Shown here: positions 38,087 to 48,491 of the stretch, in pieces
Position numbering within the stretch: the stretch's first letter is position 1
How the letters are laid out: each line of letters starts with the position of its first letter
NCBI GenBank assembly: GCA_038890745.1
Contig: JAWAFD010000001.1
Coordinates: 92,809 to 156,808, forward strand
Length of the DNA stretch: 64,000 nt
Direction: 5' to 3'
Source of the DNA: Candidatus Anstonellales archaeon
Lineage (GTDB): Archaea > Micrarchaeota > Micrarchaeia > Anstonellales > J096
The notes under the pieces: generated by a model
Seen by the model: the letters and a program-made list of their open reading frames with translations, nothing else
What the model was told of the DNA's origin: nothing
Database searches by the model: none
Translations under genes and position numbers: made by a program

Positions 38087-38173
38087 AAAATACACCAAAG
38101 AAAAGTATTGCCTAAAGTTTTTAATGTTTGCGTTTCCTTCATTTTGCAAAATACTACAACGAAAGCAGAAACT

Positions 38174-39439
38174 TTATTTTTCCATAATTTTATACGCCAC
38201 TAGTCCGAGAATAAGCATTATCCCTCCATAGAATATTGCATCCCATCCTACATTTGTTATCATAAATAGGGTTGTAATTATTGCGATAGCAGGAAGGACA
38301 GGGAACCAACCAATATTTATCGGAACCATAAACGGCCTTTTTATTTTCGGCTTGTCATGCCTTAATTTTATGAGAGAAGCATTTATCATTATAAAAGTTA
38401 TGAATACAGAAAAGTTTGTAATGTTGGCGATTGTTTCAATCCCGCCAACAAAAAAGAAAATACATGTTATTATGCCCGCTGCTAGTATAGCCGTCCATGG
38501 TGTCTGCCTTGAGGGATGGATGTAAGCAAGAATTTTTGGGAGAGAGCCTGCCCTTGCCATCCCATACATTATTCTTGATGCGGCAAGCAGTATAAGAAGA
38601 ACTGTGTTTCCGGTTGCAAAAAGAGCAATTACCGAAAAATAAAAGAAAGCACTCTCGCCTATGGTTTTTGAAACAACATCAGCAAGAGGGGAATTTGAGG
38701 AAGCAAGCTTTTCAGGCTCGACAACGCTTATTGCTGAGACCGCAACAAGAATGTAAAGAATTGTTGTTATTGCAATGGCCAGGATCAAACCAAGCGGCAC
38801 ATTCCTCTCCGGATTTTTCACTTCTTCAGCCATCCTGGTCATTTCCTCAAAACCTATGTATGCGAAAAAAACGAGAGCGGCGGCTGCAAAAATACCGCCC
38901 CATGAGGAGGATGGCATCTCAAAATAATCAATCCCGCCTAAATACGGAATTGCAGTTCCGATAACTATCAGCAATCCGCCCGCCTCAAACAATGTCCCAA
39001 CCATCGCAAACCAAGCAGATTCCTTCACACCATAGAGCATTATGATAGAGACCAATGCAACTATTCCAATCGCAGTTAAGGTAATTGGTGTGCCAAAGAT
39101 CGCATTAAAATATCCACTGAACCCAAGGGCGACGGTGGATGCACCGACAATTCCGCTCACTATGATCATCCACCCTACAAGAAAAGCGATTTTTTTTCCG
39201 AAAGCGCTCTTTGTATACTCATACTCTGCTCCTGCTTTTGGGAATATTGAGGAAAGCTCGGCATAGCTAAGCCCGCTCAATCCGGCAACAATCGCAGCAA
39301 TTATAAAAGAAATCCATACTCCGTTCCCAGCCATTCCTGCTGCTTTTCCTACTAGTGCATATATTCCTGCACCCAAAATTATCCCAACTCCGCACAGTGT
39401 AATCTCCAGCAAACCAAGGGCTCTTTTTAGTTTTGCCAT
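38174..39439 (-). CDS. APC-family amino acid permease
   Basis: GIILGAGIY, SYAELSS..P.AG, FFAYIGFE..AEE. Confidence 0.92.
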   Translation of the reverse strand: MAKLKRALGLLEITLCGVGIILGAGIYALVGKAAGMAGNGVWISFIIAAIVAGLSGLSYAELSSIFPKAGAEYEYTKSAFGKKIAFLVGWMIIVSGIVGASTVALGFSGYFNAIFGTPITLTAIGIVALVSIIMLYGVKESAWFAMVGTLFEAGGLLIVIGTAIPYLGGIDYFEMPSSSWGGIFAAAALVFFAYIGFEEMTRMAEEVKNPERNVPLGLILAIAITTILYILVAVSAISVVEPEKLASSNSPLADVVSKTIGESAFFYFSVIALFATGNTVLLILLAASRIMYGMARAGSLPKILAYIHPSRQTPWTAILAAGIITCIFFFVGGIETIANITNFSVFITFIMINASLIKLRHDKPKIKRPFMVPINIGWFPVLPAIAIITTLFMITNVGWDAIFYGGIMLILGLVAYKIMEK

Positions 39440-39507
39440 GGCGTTATTGCAAAACTATAATATTTTTAAATGTTTTTTTTCAATGCCTAAAAGATAGAGG
39501 TGTTTAT

Positions 39508-42500
39508 ATGAACAAAAAAATAGTATTTTTGCTTTTTTTTGCAGTGTTCTCGCTCTCTTGGGCTGATACCTGCACATGTACAACCTGCGGTACATGTACT
39601 GATGCATTGAATAATGACTCTTGCGGTCTAGTTCAACTTACAGCCGATATTGCAGATGAGCCATCCACTTGTATAAACAATCCAGAAAACTTTACAAACA
39701 AAATATTTGACTGTCAAGGGCATATGATTGATGGAATAGGCGATAATAATGCGGTATATCTGAGTAGTAAACTCAATAATACAATAAAAAATTGTTTAAT
39801 CCGCGAGTTTGCTCGAGGAATCTACCTTGAAGCAGAGTCAAATAATACTAATATACTAAACAATACAGTCACCCAATGTTCACAAGGCGGGATTTTCGTT
39901 GCTGGTTCATTCTATAATGCGATAATGTACAATAATGCTAGCGATAATTCTGGTTCTTCAGGCATTTATATATTTGGTTCTAATAATAATTTAATAGCAA
40001 ATAACACAGCCAATTCCAACCTGAGAGGCATCCATCTTGACAGCGGTTCAGAAAATAATCTTATAGAAAATAATACTGTATATAACAACACAGAAGATGG
40101 CTTTTATCTAGATTCAGATTCAAATAACAACAATCTCACTGACAACACAGCATACAACAACCAACAATGGGATATAAACATCACTGACTCCGCAGGCAAT
40201 GTTTTCATAAACCAAACATTAGCAGGAGATTCCTTAACAACCTACCCAACAGTAATAAGCTTTACATACACAGGAGATGTTTCTCTTAAGGGCGTTTCAA
40301 CCCCACCCGAAGATCCAGCAAACTACATAAACATAACAAAATATGTAAATGCAACTGGAACAGGAACCCTCTTCTTAAACTTCTCCTATTCTGATGGAGA
40401 CCTAGGAAGTATTGCAGAAGCTAGCCTAAGAGTTTCAAGAAACAACGGGGCATGGGAAACAGACCCAAGCGTTTTTGCAACGACATATGGAGTAGATACA
40501 ACAAACAACATAGTCTATGCAGACATAAATAACTTTGGAAGTGTATTTGCTCCTCTGGGGCAAGAAGCTTTATGCACATGTACAACCTGCGGTACATGTA
40601 CTGATGCATTGAATAATGACTCTTGCGGTCTAGTTCAACTTACAGCCGATATTGTAGATGAGCCATCCACTTGTATAAACAATCCAAAAAACTTTACAAA
40701 CAAAATATTTGATTGCCAAGGGCATACGATAGATGGCGATAGTTATAATGGTTCTGGAATTAATCTCAACGTTCCTGGTAAACAAAACAATATAATAAGA
40801 AATTGTATAATTACTGATTTCAACTATGGGATTTATTTGGCTTATTCTACAAATATTACCATTATAAACAACAGCATACATTCAAACAATGTGAGCGGAA
40901 TTTATGTATTTTGGTCCCAAAAAAACAATATTACAGAGAATAATGTAAGTTCAAATGTGTGGTGGGGGATTTATCTGTCCTCTTCCTCAAGCAATACCAT
41001 TACAAACAATACTGTAGAATTGAATAGGGAGGGGATTTATATATTGACTTCCTCAAACAATAATAGATTAATAGATAACAATGTAAATTTTAATAATGGT
41101 ATTACTGTATGGGGCTTTGGTATTTATATGGCCTCTTCCTCAAACAACACCTTAATAAATAATAATGTAAGTTCTAATATTGATTATGGAATTTATCTAG
41201 AGTCAAGCTCCAACAACACCCTCTATAACAACGTAGCATATAATAACTCTCGACATGGTTTCTCCCTCTCCTCAAGCTCCAACAACACCCTCTATAACAA
41301 CGTAGCATATAATAACTCTCGACATGGTTTCCTTCTCTCAAACGCCGCAAATAACACTCTATCCGGTAACGATGCTTACATGAATGGCTTCGCTGGTTTT
41401 ATGTTAGATAATTCAAATTTTAATACCCTTATAAACAATAATGCGTCAAGTAATACGTGGGGCATCCACCTATCTGGTTCAAATTATAATAATATAACAG
41501 ACAATGTCGCTTACAATAACACAGGCAGCGTATATAGTAGTGGTATATACATATACCCAGACTCAAACAACACTCTCTTGATCAACAACGTAGTATATGA
41601 AAATACTAATGGAATCTATGTATGGCGTTCACATAACAATACACTTATTTCCAATAATGCATATAATAATTCACGTTATGGTTTTATGATTGATAGCGGC
41701 CGATATAACAATTTAACAAACAACCATGCGTATGAAAATGATCTACATGGTGTAGTTGTGTCATTTTCAGACTATAATAATTTCGAAAACAACTTTGTTT
41801 ATGATAATTCCAAGCATGGGTTTTACATTTATGATGACTCTGATGGTAACAGGTACCTTAACAACACAGCATACAACAACCAACAATGGGATATAAACAT
41901 CACTGACTCCGCAGGCAATGTTTTCATAAACCAAACATTAGCAGGAGATTCCTTAACAACCTACCCAACAGTAATAAGCTTTACATACACAGGAGATGTT
42001 CTTCTCAGAGGAGTTTCAACCCCACCCGAAGATCCAGCAAACTACATAAACATAACAAAATATGTAAATGCAACTGGAACAGGAACCCTCTTCTTAAACT
42101 TCTCCTATTCTGATGCAGAATTAGGAGATGTCGAAGAGATTAGTTTGAGGGTCTCACGCTACAATGGCACGTGGTTAACTAACCCAGCATTTTTTGCATC
42201 CGAGGCAGGAGTGCATCTTCTCTACAACTTTGTTTATGTCAATATAAATAACTTTGGGAGCATTTTCGCGCCTCTAGGAAAGAATAACACTGCTCCTTCT
42301 ATTGATTTGGATGAACCAGCTAATAATACACAAATAAACAATACTCATACAGTAACATTTACATTTACAGCTTCAGATGATTTTAGTACTACGCTAAACT
42401 GCAGCCTGTATTTAAATGATACATTAACTCAGACTAACGAATCTGTTCAGAATAATATATTAACTCCTTTTGTCATAACAGGCTTGGAATATGGAGACTA

Positions 42501-43668
42501 CACGTGGTATATAAACTGCAGCGATGGCGTGTTGATCAATGTTTCTGAAACGAGGAATTTCTCATTAAGGGATACGCTCCCACCAGTTATTACAATCGTA
42601 AACCCATCGAATAACGCTCAGCTTCCAGCCGGAACAACATTTGTTTTAGTAGAAATAGCAACTAATGAGAATGCAACATGCGAGTATAATATAAGTGGAG
42701 ATTTTGTTTTTGGAACAGGCTCTCTGTTCAATGAAACGGGAAACACAACACATATATTAAACTTTACAAATCTTACAAATGGAACAACATACACACTATA
42801 CTATAGATGCAGTGATACTTACGGAAACATAGGTGGGCCTGTTATTCATGTGTTTAGGGTTGCATCCCCACGCAGACCAGGTGGTGGAGGTGGTGGAGGG
42901 GATCACGAGCTATACATCTTCCCGATAAACAACCAATACTCAAAACTTGGAGAAACAATTAATGTTTTATTTACTGTTGAGAACACAGGAGACTATTCCG
43001 AGACAAACGTAAGACTTACCCTTACCTGTCCTTCTTCTTTCTCATGCGGAAGCGCAACCTTAGGAACAATAGCAGAAGGAGGAAAGAAAAATGCGAGCAT
43101 TCCAATAACAGGTAACTCTTTGGGAACATTCACGCTGAGGGTGTATGCAAATAGCGAGGATGCAAGCGCATACAGAGAATTCCTATTCACAGTTTCTCCA
43201 GAATGTACTAAAGATTCTGAATGCGGAGCTGATGAAAGATGCATGAACTCAAGATGTGTTGAGAAAGAAGAAGTTTCCGGATGCGAGAGGAACACAGATT
43301 GCGAGGAGGATGAGAAATGTGTTGATGGTAGATGCGTAGAAATTGTTTGCGAATGCGGAGAGGTAAAGAATCATGAATGCGTTCCTTATGAATGCTGCTC
43401 AGATAACGAGTGCTTCGGAGGAAAGGTTTGCGTGAGCAACAAATGCGTCGAACCAACTCCTCCTAAGGAAGAAGGGAAACCGTCAGAAGGCGCTCCTTCT
43501 CAGAAACCCACCAAAAAACCACCATCTGAAGAAGCAAAAGGAGAAGAACAAAAACCGCCGGCGGGAGGAGGGCAGCCACCAGCAAACTGGATTTGGATAC
43601 TGCTTATACTCTTAGGTGTAGTTATTTTGGGTGCGGTTTATTTCTTGATGGCGAAGAAGAGAAGATAA
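39508..43668 (+). CDS. Large beta-helix (NosD-like) cell-surface glycoprotein with Ig-like and Cys-rich domains and a TM anchor
   Basis: Signal peptide, many N-x-S/T sequons, 22-23 aa beta-helix repeats, PGGGGGG linker, C-x3-D/E-C repeats, C-terminal TM helix; GAGGTG SD. Confidence 0.88.
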   Translation: MNKKIVFLLFFAVFSLSWADTCTCTTCGTCTDALNNDSCGLVQLTADIADEPSTCINNPENFTNKIFDCQGHMIDGIGDNNAVYLSSKLNNTIKNCLIREFARGIYLEAESNNTNILNNTVTQCSQGGIFVAGSFYNAIMYNNASDNSGSSGIYIFGSNNNLIANNTANSNLRGIHLDSGSENNLIENNTVYNNTEDGFYLDSDSNNNNLTDNTAYNNQQWDINITDSAGNVFINQTLAGDSLTTYPTVISFTYTGDVSLKGVSTPPEDPANYINITKYVNATGTGTLFLNFSYSDGDLGSIAEASLRVSRNNGAWETDPSVFATTYGVDTTNNIVYADINNFGSVFAPLGQEALCTCTTCGTCTDALNNDSCGLVQLTADIVDEPSTCINNPKNFTNKIFDCQGHTIDGDSYNGSGINLNVPGKQNNIIRNCIITDFNYGIYLAYSTNITIINNSIHSNNVSGIYVFWSQKNNITENNVSSNVWWGIYLSSSSSNTITNNTVELNREGIYILTSSNNNRLIDNNVNFNNGITVWGFGIYMASSSNNTLINNNVSSNIDYGIYLESSSNNTLYNNVAYNNSRHGFSLSSSSNNTLYNNVAYNNSRHGFLLSNAANNTLSGNDAYMNGFAGFMLDNSNFNTLINNNASSNTWGIHLSGSNYNNITDNVAYNNTGSVYSSGIYIYPDSNNTLLINNVVYENTNGIYVWRSHNNTLISNNAYNNSRYGFMIDSGRYNNLTNNHAYENDLHGVVVSFSDYNNFENNFVYDNSKHGFYIYDDSDGNRYLNNTAYNNQQWDINITDSAGNVFINQTLAGDSLTTYPTVISFTYTGDVLLRGVSTPPEDPANYINITKYVNATGTGTLFLNFSYSDAELGDVEEISLRVSRYNGTWLTNPAFFASEAGVHLLYNFVYVNINNFGSIFAPLGKNNTAPSIDLDEPANNTQINNTHTVTFTFTASDDFSTTLNCSLYLNDTLTQTNESVQNNILTPFVITGLEYGDYTWYINCSDGVLINVSETRNFSLRDTLPPVITIVNPSNNAQLPAGTTFVLVEIATNENATCEYNISGDFVFGTGSLFNETGNTTHILNFTNLTNGTTYTLYYRCSDTYGNIGGPVIHVFRVASPRRPGGGGGGGDHELYIFPINNQYSKLGETINVLFTVENTGDYSETNVRLTLTCPSSFSCGSATLGTIAEGGKKNASIPITGNSLGTFTLRVYANSEDASAYREFLFTVSPECTKDSECGADERCMNSRCVEKEEVSGCERNTDCEEDEKCVDGRCVEIVCECGEVKNHECVPYECCSDNECFGGKVCVSNKCVEPTPPKEEGKPSEGAPSQKPTKKPPSEEAKGEEQKPPAGGGQPPANWIWILLILLGVVILGAVYFLMAKKRR
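39571..40726 (+). repeat. Intragenic direct repeat, 154 bp (39571-39724 / 40573-40726)
   Basis: Encodes CTCTTCGTCTDALNNDSCG... twice; 4 mismatches. Confidence 0.9.
40142..42115 (+). repeat. Intragenic direct repeat, 255 bp (40142-40396 / 41861-42115)
   Basis: Identical except for one short mismatch cluster. Confidence 0.9.
41203..41331 (+). repeat. Tandem repeat with 69-bp period (one beta-helix coil)
   Basis: SSSNNTLYNNVAYNNSRHGF encoded twice by identical DNA. Confidence 0.9.
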
Positions 43669-43756
43669 CCCCATTTATCTTTAATCTCTTTTCTATTTTT
43701 TTATAAAAACAAAAATAAAAATTAAGAATAAAAATTCCAAAAACATGCAAATGTAA

Positions 43757-43948
43757 TTATGCTTTTTTTACATTCACAGCTTTTGGTCCTTTTTCTCCTT
43801 CTTCAACGTCGAAGGTTACCTTGTCTCCATCGTGGATGAAAGTTCCCTTTTCTATCCCACTCAGGTGGACAAAGTAGTCCTTTCCGTCTTCACCAGTTAT
43901 AAAACCAAACCTCTTCTTCGCGTTGAAGAATTTTACTGTACCTTCCAT
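43757..43948 (-). CDS. Cold-shock protein (CspA family)
   Basis: GTVKFFN..FGFI..DYFVH.S..KGPKAVNV. Confidence 0.93.
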   Translation of the reverse strand: MEGTVKFFNAKKRFGFITGEDGKDYFVHLSGIEKGTFIHDGDKVTFDVEEGEKGPKAVNVKKA

Positions 43949-44003
43949 TTTTTTCAACTCCTTTTTGTTTCGTGGAATAACTTAGCCATCAAAATATTTA
44001 AAA

Positions 44004-44438
44004 ATGTTCCCTAATAAACCTTCCAACAGCGACCAGGTGAAAAGAATGCCCCAAATAGAAGCAAGGCGTATCAGCAACATATATGTTATGCGCGAACCGC
44101 CGGCGCCGATACGAAAAAGCAGTTTTCATGAAACCACCGTTGAGGTTCTTGTTGCAGAAGCATACAAAGACAAGAAGCGAGCGTTGGCTTACTTAGGAGC
44201 TGCAGAAAGGATTTTGGATAAATTAAACAACCCAGCATTCATCGCGGAGTATAAGAAAAAAATAGAAAATTGCAGGATGCAGATATTAACTCAGTCCGAG
44301 CTGCAGTCAGAACCATTTTTCCCTCCACGCATTGCAAAACCAAAACAACAAGAAACCAGCAAACCAGAAGAGGTATTGGTTGAGGGATTTGGCAAATCCA
44401 TCGAGCCTCCTCTAAAACTTATGCCGGTGCCTGCATAA
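44004..44438 (+). CDS. Hypothetical protein
   Basis: ORF; likely starts at the internal ATG after AGGTGA (MPQIEA). Confidence 0.55.
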   Translation: MFPNKPSNSDQVKRMPQIEARRISNIYVMREPPAPIRKSSFHETTVEVLVAEAYKDKKRALAYLGAAERILDKLNNPAFIAEYKKKIENCRMQILTQSELQSEPFFPPRIAKPKQQETSKPEEVLVEGFGKSIEPPLKLMPVPA

Positions 44439-44488
44439 CAAAAAATTTATAAACATACCCACACAGAAAATTTGTACATGGTGCGAAA

Positions 44489-44707
44489 ATGATGCCATTA
44501 ACCTCCCTTGAAAAAAGAATTGCAGTTACGAAGTTTACAATTGAGTATTTGAGAGGAAGAACTTTTTTTGAACCACCCCGTAAAGCAAAAGCTTTTTTAA
44601 GGGCGGCGGATGTTCTTGAAGAAAATTTGATAAAGATGAATGAGAGATACAACTTCATAAGACCTTTAGTTTTAAATCAGCAACTAAATGGGATGCGTAT
44701 CCAATAA
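44489..44707 (+). CDS. Small hypothetical protein
   Basis: 72-aa ORF; TTTATAAA and GGTG upstream. Confidence 0.4.
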   Translation: MMPLTSLEKRIAVTKFTIEYLRGRTFFEPPRKAKAFLRAADVLEENLIKMNERYNFIRPLVLNQQLNGMRIQ

Positions 44708-45083
44708 AAAACAAAATACCTGCAGTAAGCGAAAACATGAAATAAATTATTATTGAAACTACCAATGCAAAAATAAAAGTATGCGTAATCCCTCTATGCC
44801 TTGGCTTTAAGTAGGTAATTATGATATGATAAATTCCGATTAACGCAAGCGTGTAGATAAATAACATTTCGTTTATGTTTTTTAAATATGAATACGTCAT
44901 AAAAAAAGCAAGAATAGGAAAACTAAAATCTATTATCTTTCTTATTTTGCTTGAATCATGGTCTATATCAGGGGCAAGCGCCCCAAGTACAGAAAAAACA
45001 ACTAAAAGATAATCAAAATTAAAAAAATAGGCAGCAACCCCACCAGCAACCAACCCGAAAAAAACATGCGCAGGCCAGTTCAT
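44655..45083 (-). CDS. Membrane-bound metal-dependent hydrolase (YdjM/YbcI-like)
   Basis: AH, LAPDIDH, HRGITHT, GYASHLVAD. Confidence 0.88.
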   Translation of the reverse strand: MNWPAHVFFGLVAGGVAAYFFNFDYLLVVFSVLGALAPDIDHDSSKIRKIIDFSFPILAFFMTYSYLKNINEMLFIYTLALIGIYHIIITYLKPRHRGITHTFIFALVVSIIIYFMFSLTAGILFFIGYASHLVADLKLKVL

Positions 45084-45134
45084 AAAAAATTGTTTTCATA
45101 AATGTATTTAAATGTTTCCAAATAAAATAGGATT

Positions 45135-45605
45135 ATGGTTGTTCAAAAAATACGTTGCTATAAAGATTTAGAAATTCTTAACCATTATACAAAATTCGGC
45201 CCAGAAACAAGACGGGCAACCAAGGATGCAATAGAATATCTGAAGGATGTTGAGATAAGGTATGGTGGATTGATAGATAGAAATGGAATGAGAGGCACGA
45301 TAGCTTTCCAGCTTGATAGGATTAGACCATTGATAAAATCCGACCTTGAGGCCTATGCAAAAAAAGCAGAGAGAACAGCAGAGTATGAAGAGAAAGAAGG
45401 AAAAAAACTTAAAGTAATTGCTGATGGATTCCTTATTGCTTCTGGTCTTTTGTTTATGGCAACCAACTTCAATCCAGAAATTGCAATCGCAGGCCTACTG
45501 TTTTCAGGAATAGTTTATTTAGAAGCTTTTTTATGCGAGGGAAGAGCGCTTGTGAAAAAAGATGAGGCAAGGCTTCTAAGAGAATCCGATATTGAAGCCG
45601 AGTGA
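45135..45605 (+). CDS. Hypothetical protein with two TM helices
   Basis: 156-aa ORF with a hydrophobic hairpin. Confidence 0.6.
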   Translation: MVVQKIRCYKDLEILNHYTKFGPETRRATKDAIEYLKDVEIRYGGLIDRNGMRGTIAFQLDRIRPLIKSDLEAYAKKAERTAEYEEKEGKKLKVIADGFLIASGLLFMATNFNPEIAIAGLLFSGIVYLEAFLCEGRALVKKDEARLLRESDIEAE

Positions 45606-45607
45606 TC

Positions 45608-45919
45608 TCATAACCCCAATTTTTTCCTTGCTTCTGGCTTCATCCTCTCAGGGCTCCATGGAGGCTCCCAGACAACATCAACATAAAAATCCCATCCCTT
45701 TATCTCTTCAAGCTTTCTTTTTACACTATCCAGAATAAAACCAAGCAGAGGACAGGCGGGTGTTGTAAAGGTTATTTTTACATCAGCCTTTTTGTTTTTC
45801 TCATCTATTTCAACTCCATAAACCAGCCCTAAGCTTACAATATCTATCCCAAGCTCTGGGTCCTTTACTTCTGATAGTTTTTTGAGAACCATTTCCTTCA
45901 TGCCATTACTTTTTGGCAT
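45608..45919 (-). CDS. DUF59/SufT-like Fe-S cluster assembly protein
   Basis: VKDPELGIDIVSLGLVY, TTPACP, WEPPWSPERM. Confidence 0.92.
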   Translation of the reverse strand: MPKSNGMKEMVLKKLSEVKDPELGIDIVSLGLVYGVEIDEKNKKADVKITFTTPACPLLGFILDSVKRKLEEIKGWDFYVDVVWEPPWSPERMKPEARKKLGL

Positions 45920-46457
45920 ATCTCTTCAGCATCTCCCGCGCCAGATTTAAAGAGGTTCTTATTTCAGATTCTTTTTTTGCCCCTGCGATTATTACCTTCC
46001 CGTTTTTGAAGAGGAGAAGAGAAACTTTCGGTTTTTTGAATTTCAAAATAGCACCCGGAAACTGCTCCGGCTCATATTCCACATCCCTCTCTTTGTACGC
46101 AATTGTAAAAAGGTCAAGCTCTATGTTCAGATTTGCGGCAGCAACGATATTCGTAACCTCGTACTCCGGAATCTTCATTCTTTTCATTATTATTTTTGCT
46201 TTTGGGAGAAGAATCTTCAGCGCTTTTTTAAGCGTCGATTCAATCTCCTCTTCGCTCCTGCACCCAACGCAGACTACCTTTCCATTCTTGAAAACTAGCA
46301 GGGTTGCTTTTGGTTTATCAAATTTCAAAATAGCACCCGGAAACTGCTCCGGCTCATATTCTATAGAAGGCATCGTCAGCGAGAGCCTATACAAATCTAA
46401 AGAAATGCCAAGGTTGCCTGCAGCAACCATATTCGTAATAACATATCCCTTGGCCAT
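45906..46457 (-). CDS. tbp: TATA-box binding protein
   Basis: Two repeats of N(M/I)VA..EYEPEQFPGAILK..L.FKNGKV. Confidence 0.96.
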   Translation of the reverse strand: MAKGYVITNMVAAGNLGISLDLYRLSLTMPSIEYEPEQFPGAILKFDKPKATLLVFKNGKVVCVGCRSEEEIESTLKKALKILLPKAKIIMKRMKIPEYEVTNIVAAANLNIELDLFTIAYKERDVEYEPEQFPGAILKFKKPKVSLLLFKNGKVIIAGAKKESEIRTSLNLAREMLKRYAKK

Positions 46458-46531
46458 CGCACCACCTTTTAAACCTTTTCATACAAATTTAAAAAGGCAA
46501 GGTTTATAAATGAGTATACAGGGGTGTTCGT

Positions 46532-46810
46532 ATGAAAAGACCACGAGGAGCATTAAGCAAGGGTACAAAAAAACTTAGGAAAGAAAAAAAGTTTACTACG
46601 AGCGATTTCAATAAAATATTTAAGGTAGGGGATAAAGTGGCTCTTGACCCGAAACCGTATTTCGAAAGCGGGATTCCACACCACAGGTACAGAGGGAGAA
46701 ACGGAATAATTGTTGGGAAAAGAGGAAGCTCATATGAAGTAGAAATCCTTGATGGAGGAAAGAAAAAACGCTTTATAGTTCTTCCGTTACATCTAAATAA
46801 AATAGGGTGA
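46532..46810 (+). CDS. rpl21e: 50S ribosomal protein L21e
   Basis: FKVGDKV, GIPHHRYRGRNG, DGGKKK..PLHL. Confidence 0.93.
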   Translation: MKRPRGALSKGTKKLRKEKKFTTSDFNKIFKVGDKVALDPKPYFESGIPHHRYRGRNGIIVGKRGSSYEVEILDGGKKKRFIVLPLHLNKIG

Positions 46811-46814
46811 TAGA

Positions 46815-47138
46815 ATGAAAATAAAATCTAATGAACCATATACAGTTGCCAGTGTTTATGAGGCGATATCCGCTCGGGATAGGGAGCAGATGGATTTCAA
46901 CACTCAGATTGCGTATGACCACGGCTCAAAATACAAGCTGAAAAAGAACGAAGCGCTTTCGCTTAAGAAAAAAATACTGGCTGTTGATAAAAGCATTACA
47001 GAGGATATAGCAACAAAAATAGTTGATATTCTTCCAAGATACCCGGAAACCCTTGATGCCATTCTAGTTCCTTACAAATTAAAGTTGGATGAAGGCGTAA
47101 AGGAAAAGATCATCTCTCTTGTGAAGGAGGTTGTGTGA
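46815..47138 (+). CDS. rpo4: RNA polymerase subunit Rpo4 (F)
   Basis: Conserved rpl21e-rpoF-DUF655 gene order; IATKIVDILP. Confidence 0.82.
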   Translation: MKIKSNEPYTVASVYEAISARDREQMDFNTQIAYDHGSKYKLKKNEALSLKKKILAVDKSITEDIATKIVDILPRYPETLDAILVPYKLKLDEGVKEKIISLVKEVV

Positions 47139-47689
47139 TGGAGGAGTACGCGTACGTTATAGATTATCTTCCGTATGGCGCTTCCGGCTCATATTCCCGG
47201 GAGCCGAAGGTCCAGCTTGTAGGAGAGAGTTTTTTTACTCTTTTAGAAGCAACAGTTAAGCAAAACTCCAACCCATCTGTTGGCATGAGGGTTTATGTTG
47301 GGAAGGATTCAAGGGATGTTGTGGAGAAGATTAAGAGAAGGATACCGTTTAGCGAGCTTACAACCTCTGCAAAGGAAAATCTGAGAACAGTTTTAAGGCA
47401 GATAATAATGGCTCGGGAGAAGGATTTTGTGAAATTTGTGAATTCTGCCGGTCCGATTTCCATCCGGGTTCATCAGCTTGACCTGATCCCAGGAATAGGG
47501 AAAAAGAACATGGAAATACTCCTTGAAGAAAGAGTGAAAAAGCCATTTGAGGATTTTGCTGAGATCAAAAAAAGGGTCCCAACATGGCTAGACCCTGTTG
47601 GTTCGTTTGTTGAAAGAATAATGAGCGAGTTAGAAGGTAAAGAAAAGCATTATTTCTTTGCGAAGCCTTTTATTGAGCATCCGCACTAG
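47135..47689 (+). CDS. DUF655 putative RNA-binding protein
   Basis: EEYAYVIDYLP, FTLLE, HQLDLIPGIGKK. Confidence 0.9.
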   Translation: MMEEYAYVIDYLPYGASGSYSREPKVQLVGESFFTLLEATVKQNSNPSVGMRVYVGKDSRDVVEKIKRRIPFSELTTSAKENLRTVLRQIIMAREKDFVKFVNSAGPISIRVHQLDLIPGIGKKNMEILLEERVKKPFEDFAEIKKRVPTWLDPVGSFVERIMSELEGKEKHYFFAKPFIEHPH

Positions 47690-48437
47690 ATAGAATTCCA
47701 TTTGCCTTCTCAAAAAATTCTTTCTTCCGTGCATCTATCGTGCTCTTTGAATATCCTACCTCAGCCATGATTATTTTCAATTCCGTCATGGTTATGTTTC
47801 TTATCTTTGCTCTTTTCAGTGCTTCAATCTTTTCAAAAAACATCTTTCTTTTATTTTTATTTGTTTTTGGTTCTACTATCTGGCTTCTTGTTACGTACCC
47901 ACGCTCTATAAGTTCATCCTTCAATTTCTGGTAATCTTTTTTTATACGCGTTTTTCCGACCTTTTTGTAGATTTCAATTATCTGCTCTTTTGTTATGTAA
48001 CCTTGCTTACGGATAGTTTTATGAATCTTGACCCCAACTTTATCCATCAATTCCAGTTCTTCACGGTCTTTAATACTTCCAAAAAGCTCCTGTTTTAATG
48101 TAGTTGGTATTGACCAGCCTAATATTTCTTTCTTCCATCTCTTTGATTTTTTTATTATGGTTTTTAATGCGGGAACGCATGCCCAACCATACTGCCCACC
48201 GCTTTCCACCCAACCCTTTATTTCCTCAGGGTTGTATTCTAGGAGATAAAAAACAATCCCCTTTTTCTCTATCTGAGGTGTTTTCTCACCCACAAGCTTC
48301 AAAACCATTTTTTTAAGATAGCCATCAATCCCATACGGATGTAATGGAAGTATACCCTCCTCTATAAGCTTTTGAAAAACACTCCTTTTAGGTCCTGCAG
48401 GTTTTAACATTTTTAATTTTTTCACATTATTATTCAT
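47670..48437 (-). CDS. Hypothetical basic protein
   Basis: 255-aa Lys-rich ORF. Confidence 0.6.
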   Translation of the reverse strand: MNNNVKKLKMLKPAGPKRSVFQKLIEEGILPLHPYGIDGYLKKMVLKLVGEKTPQIEKKGIVFYLLEYNPEEIKGWVESGGQYGWACVPALKTIIKKSKRWKKEILGWSIPTTLKQELFGSIKDREELELMDKVGVKIHKTIRKQGYITKEQIIEIYKKVGKTRIKKDYQKLKDELIERGYVTRSQIVEPKTNKNKRKMFFEKIEALKRAKIRNITMTELKIIMAEVGYSKSTIDARKKEFFEKANGILSSADAQ

Positions 48438-48491
48438 ATTAAAACAATTTAAAAAGCATAGTTTTAAATATTTTGAATCCGTAATTTTTTC

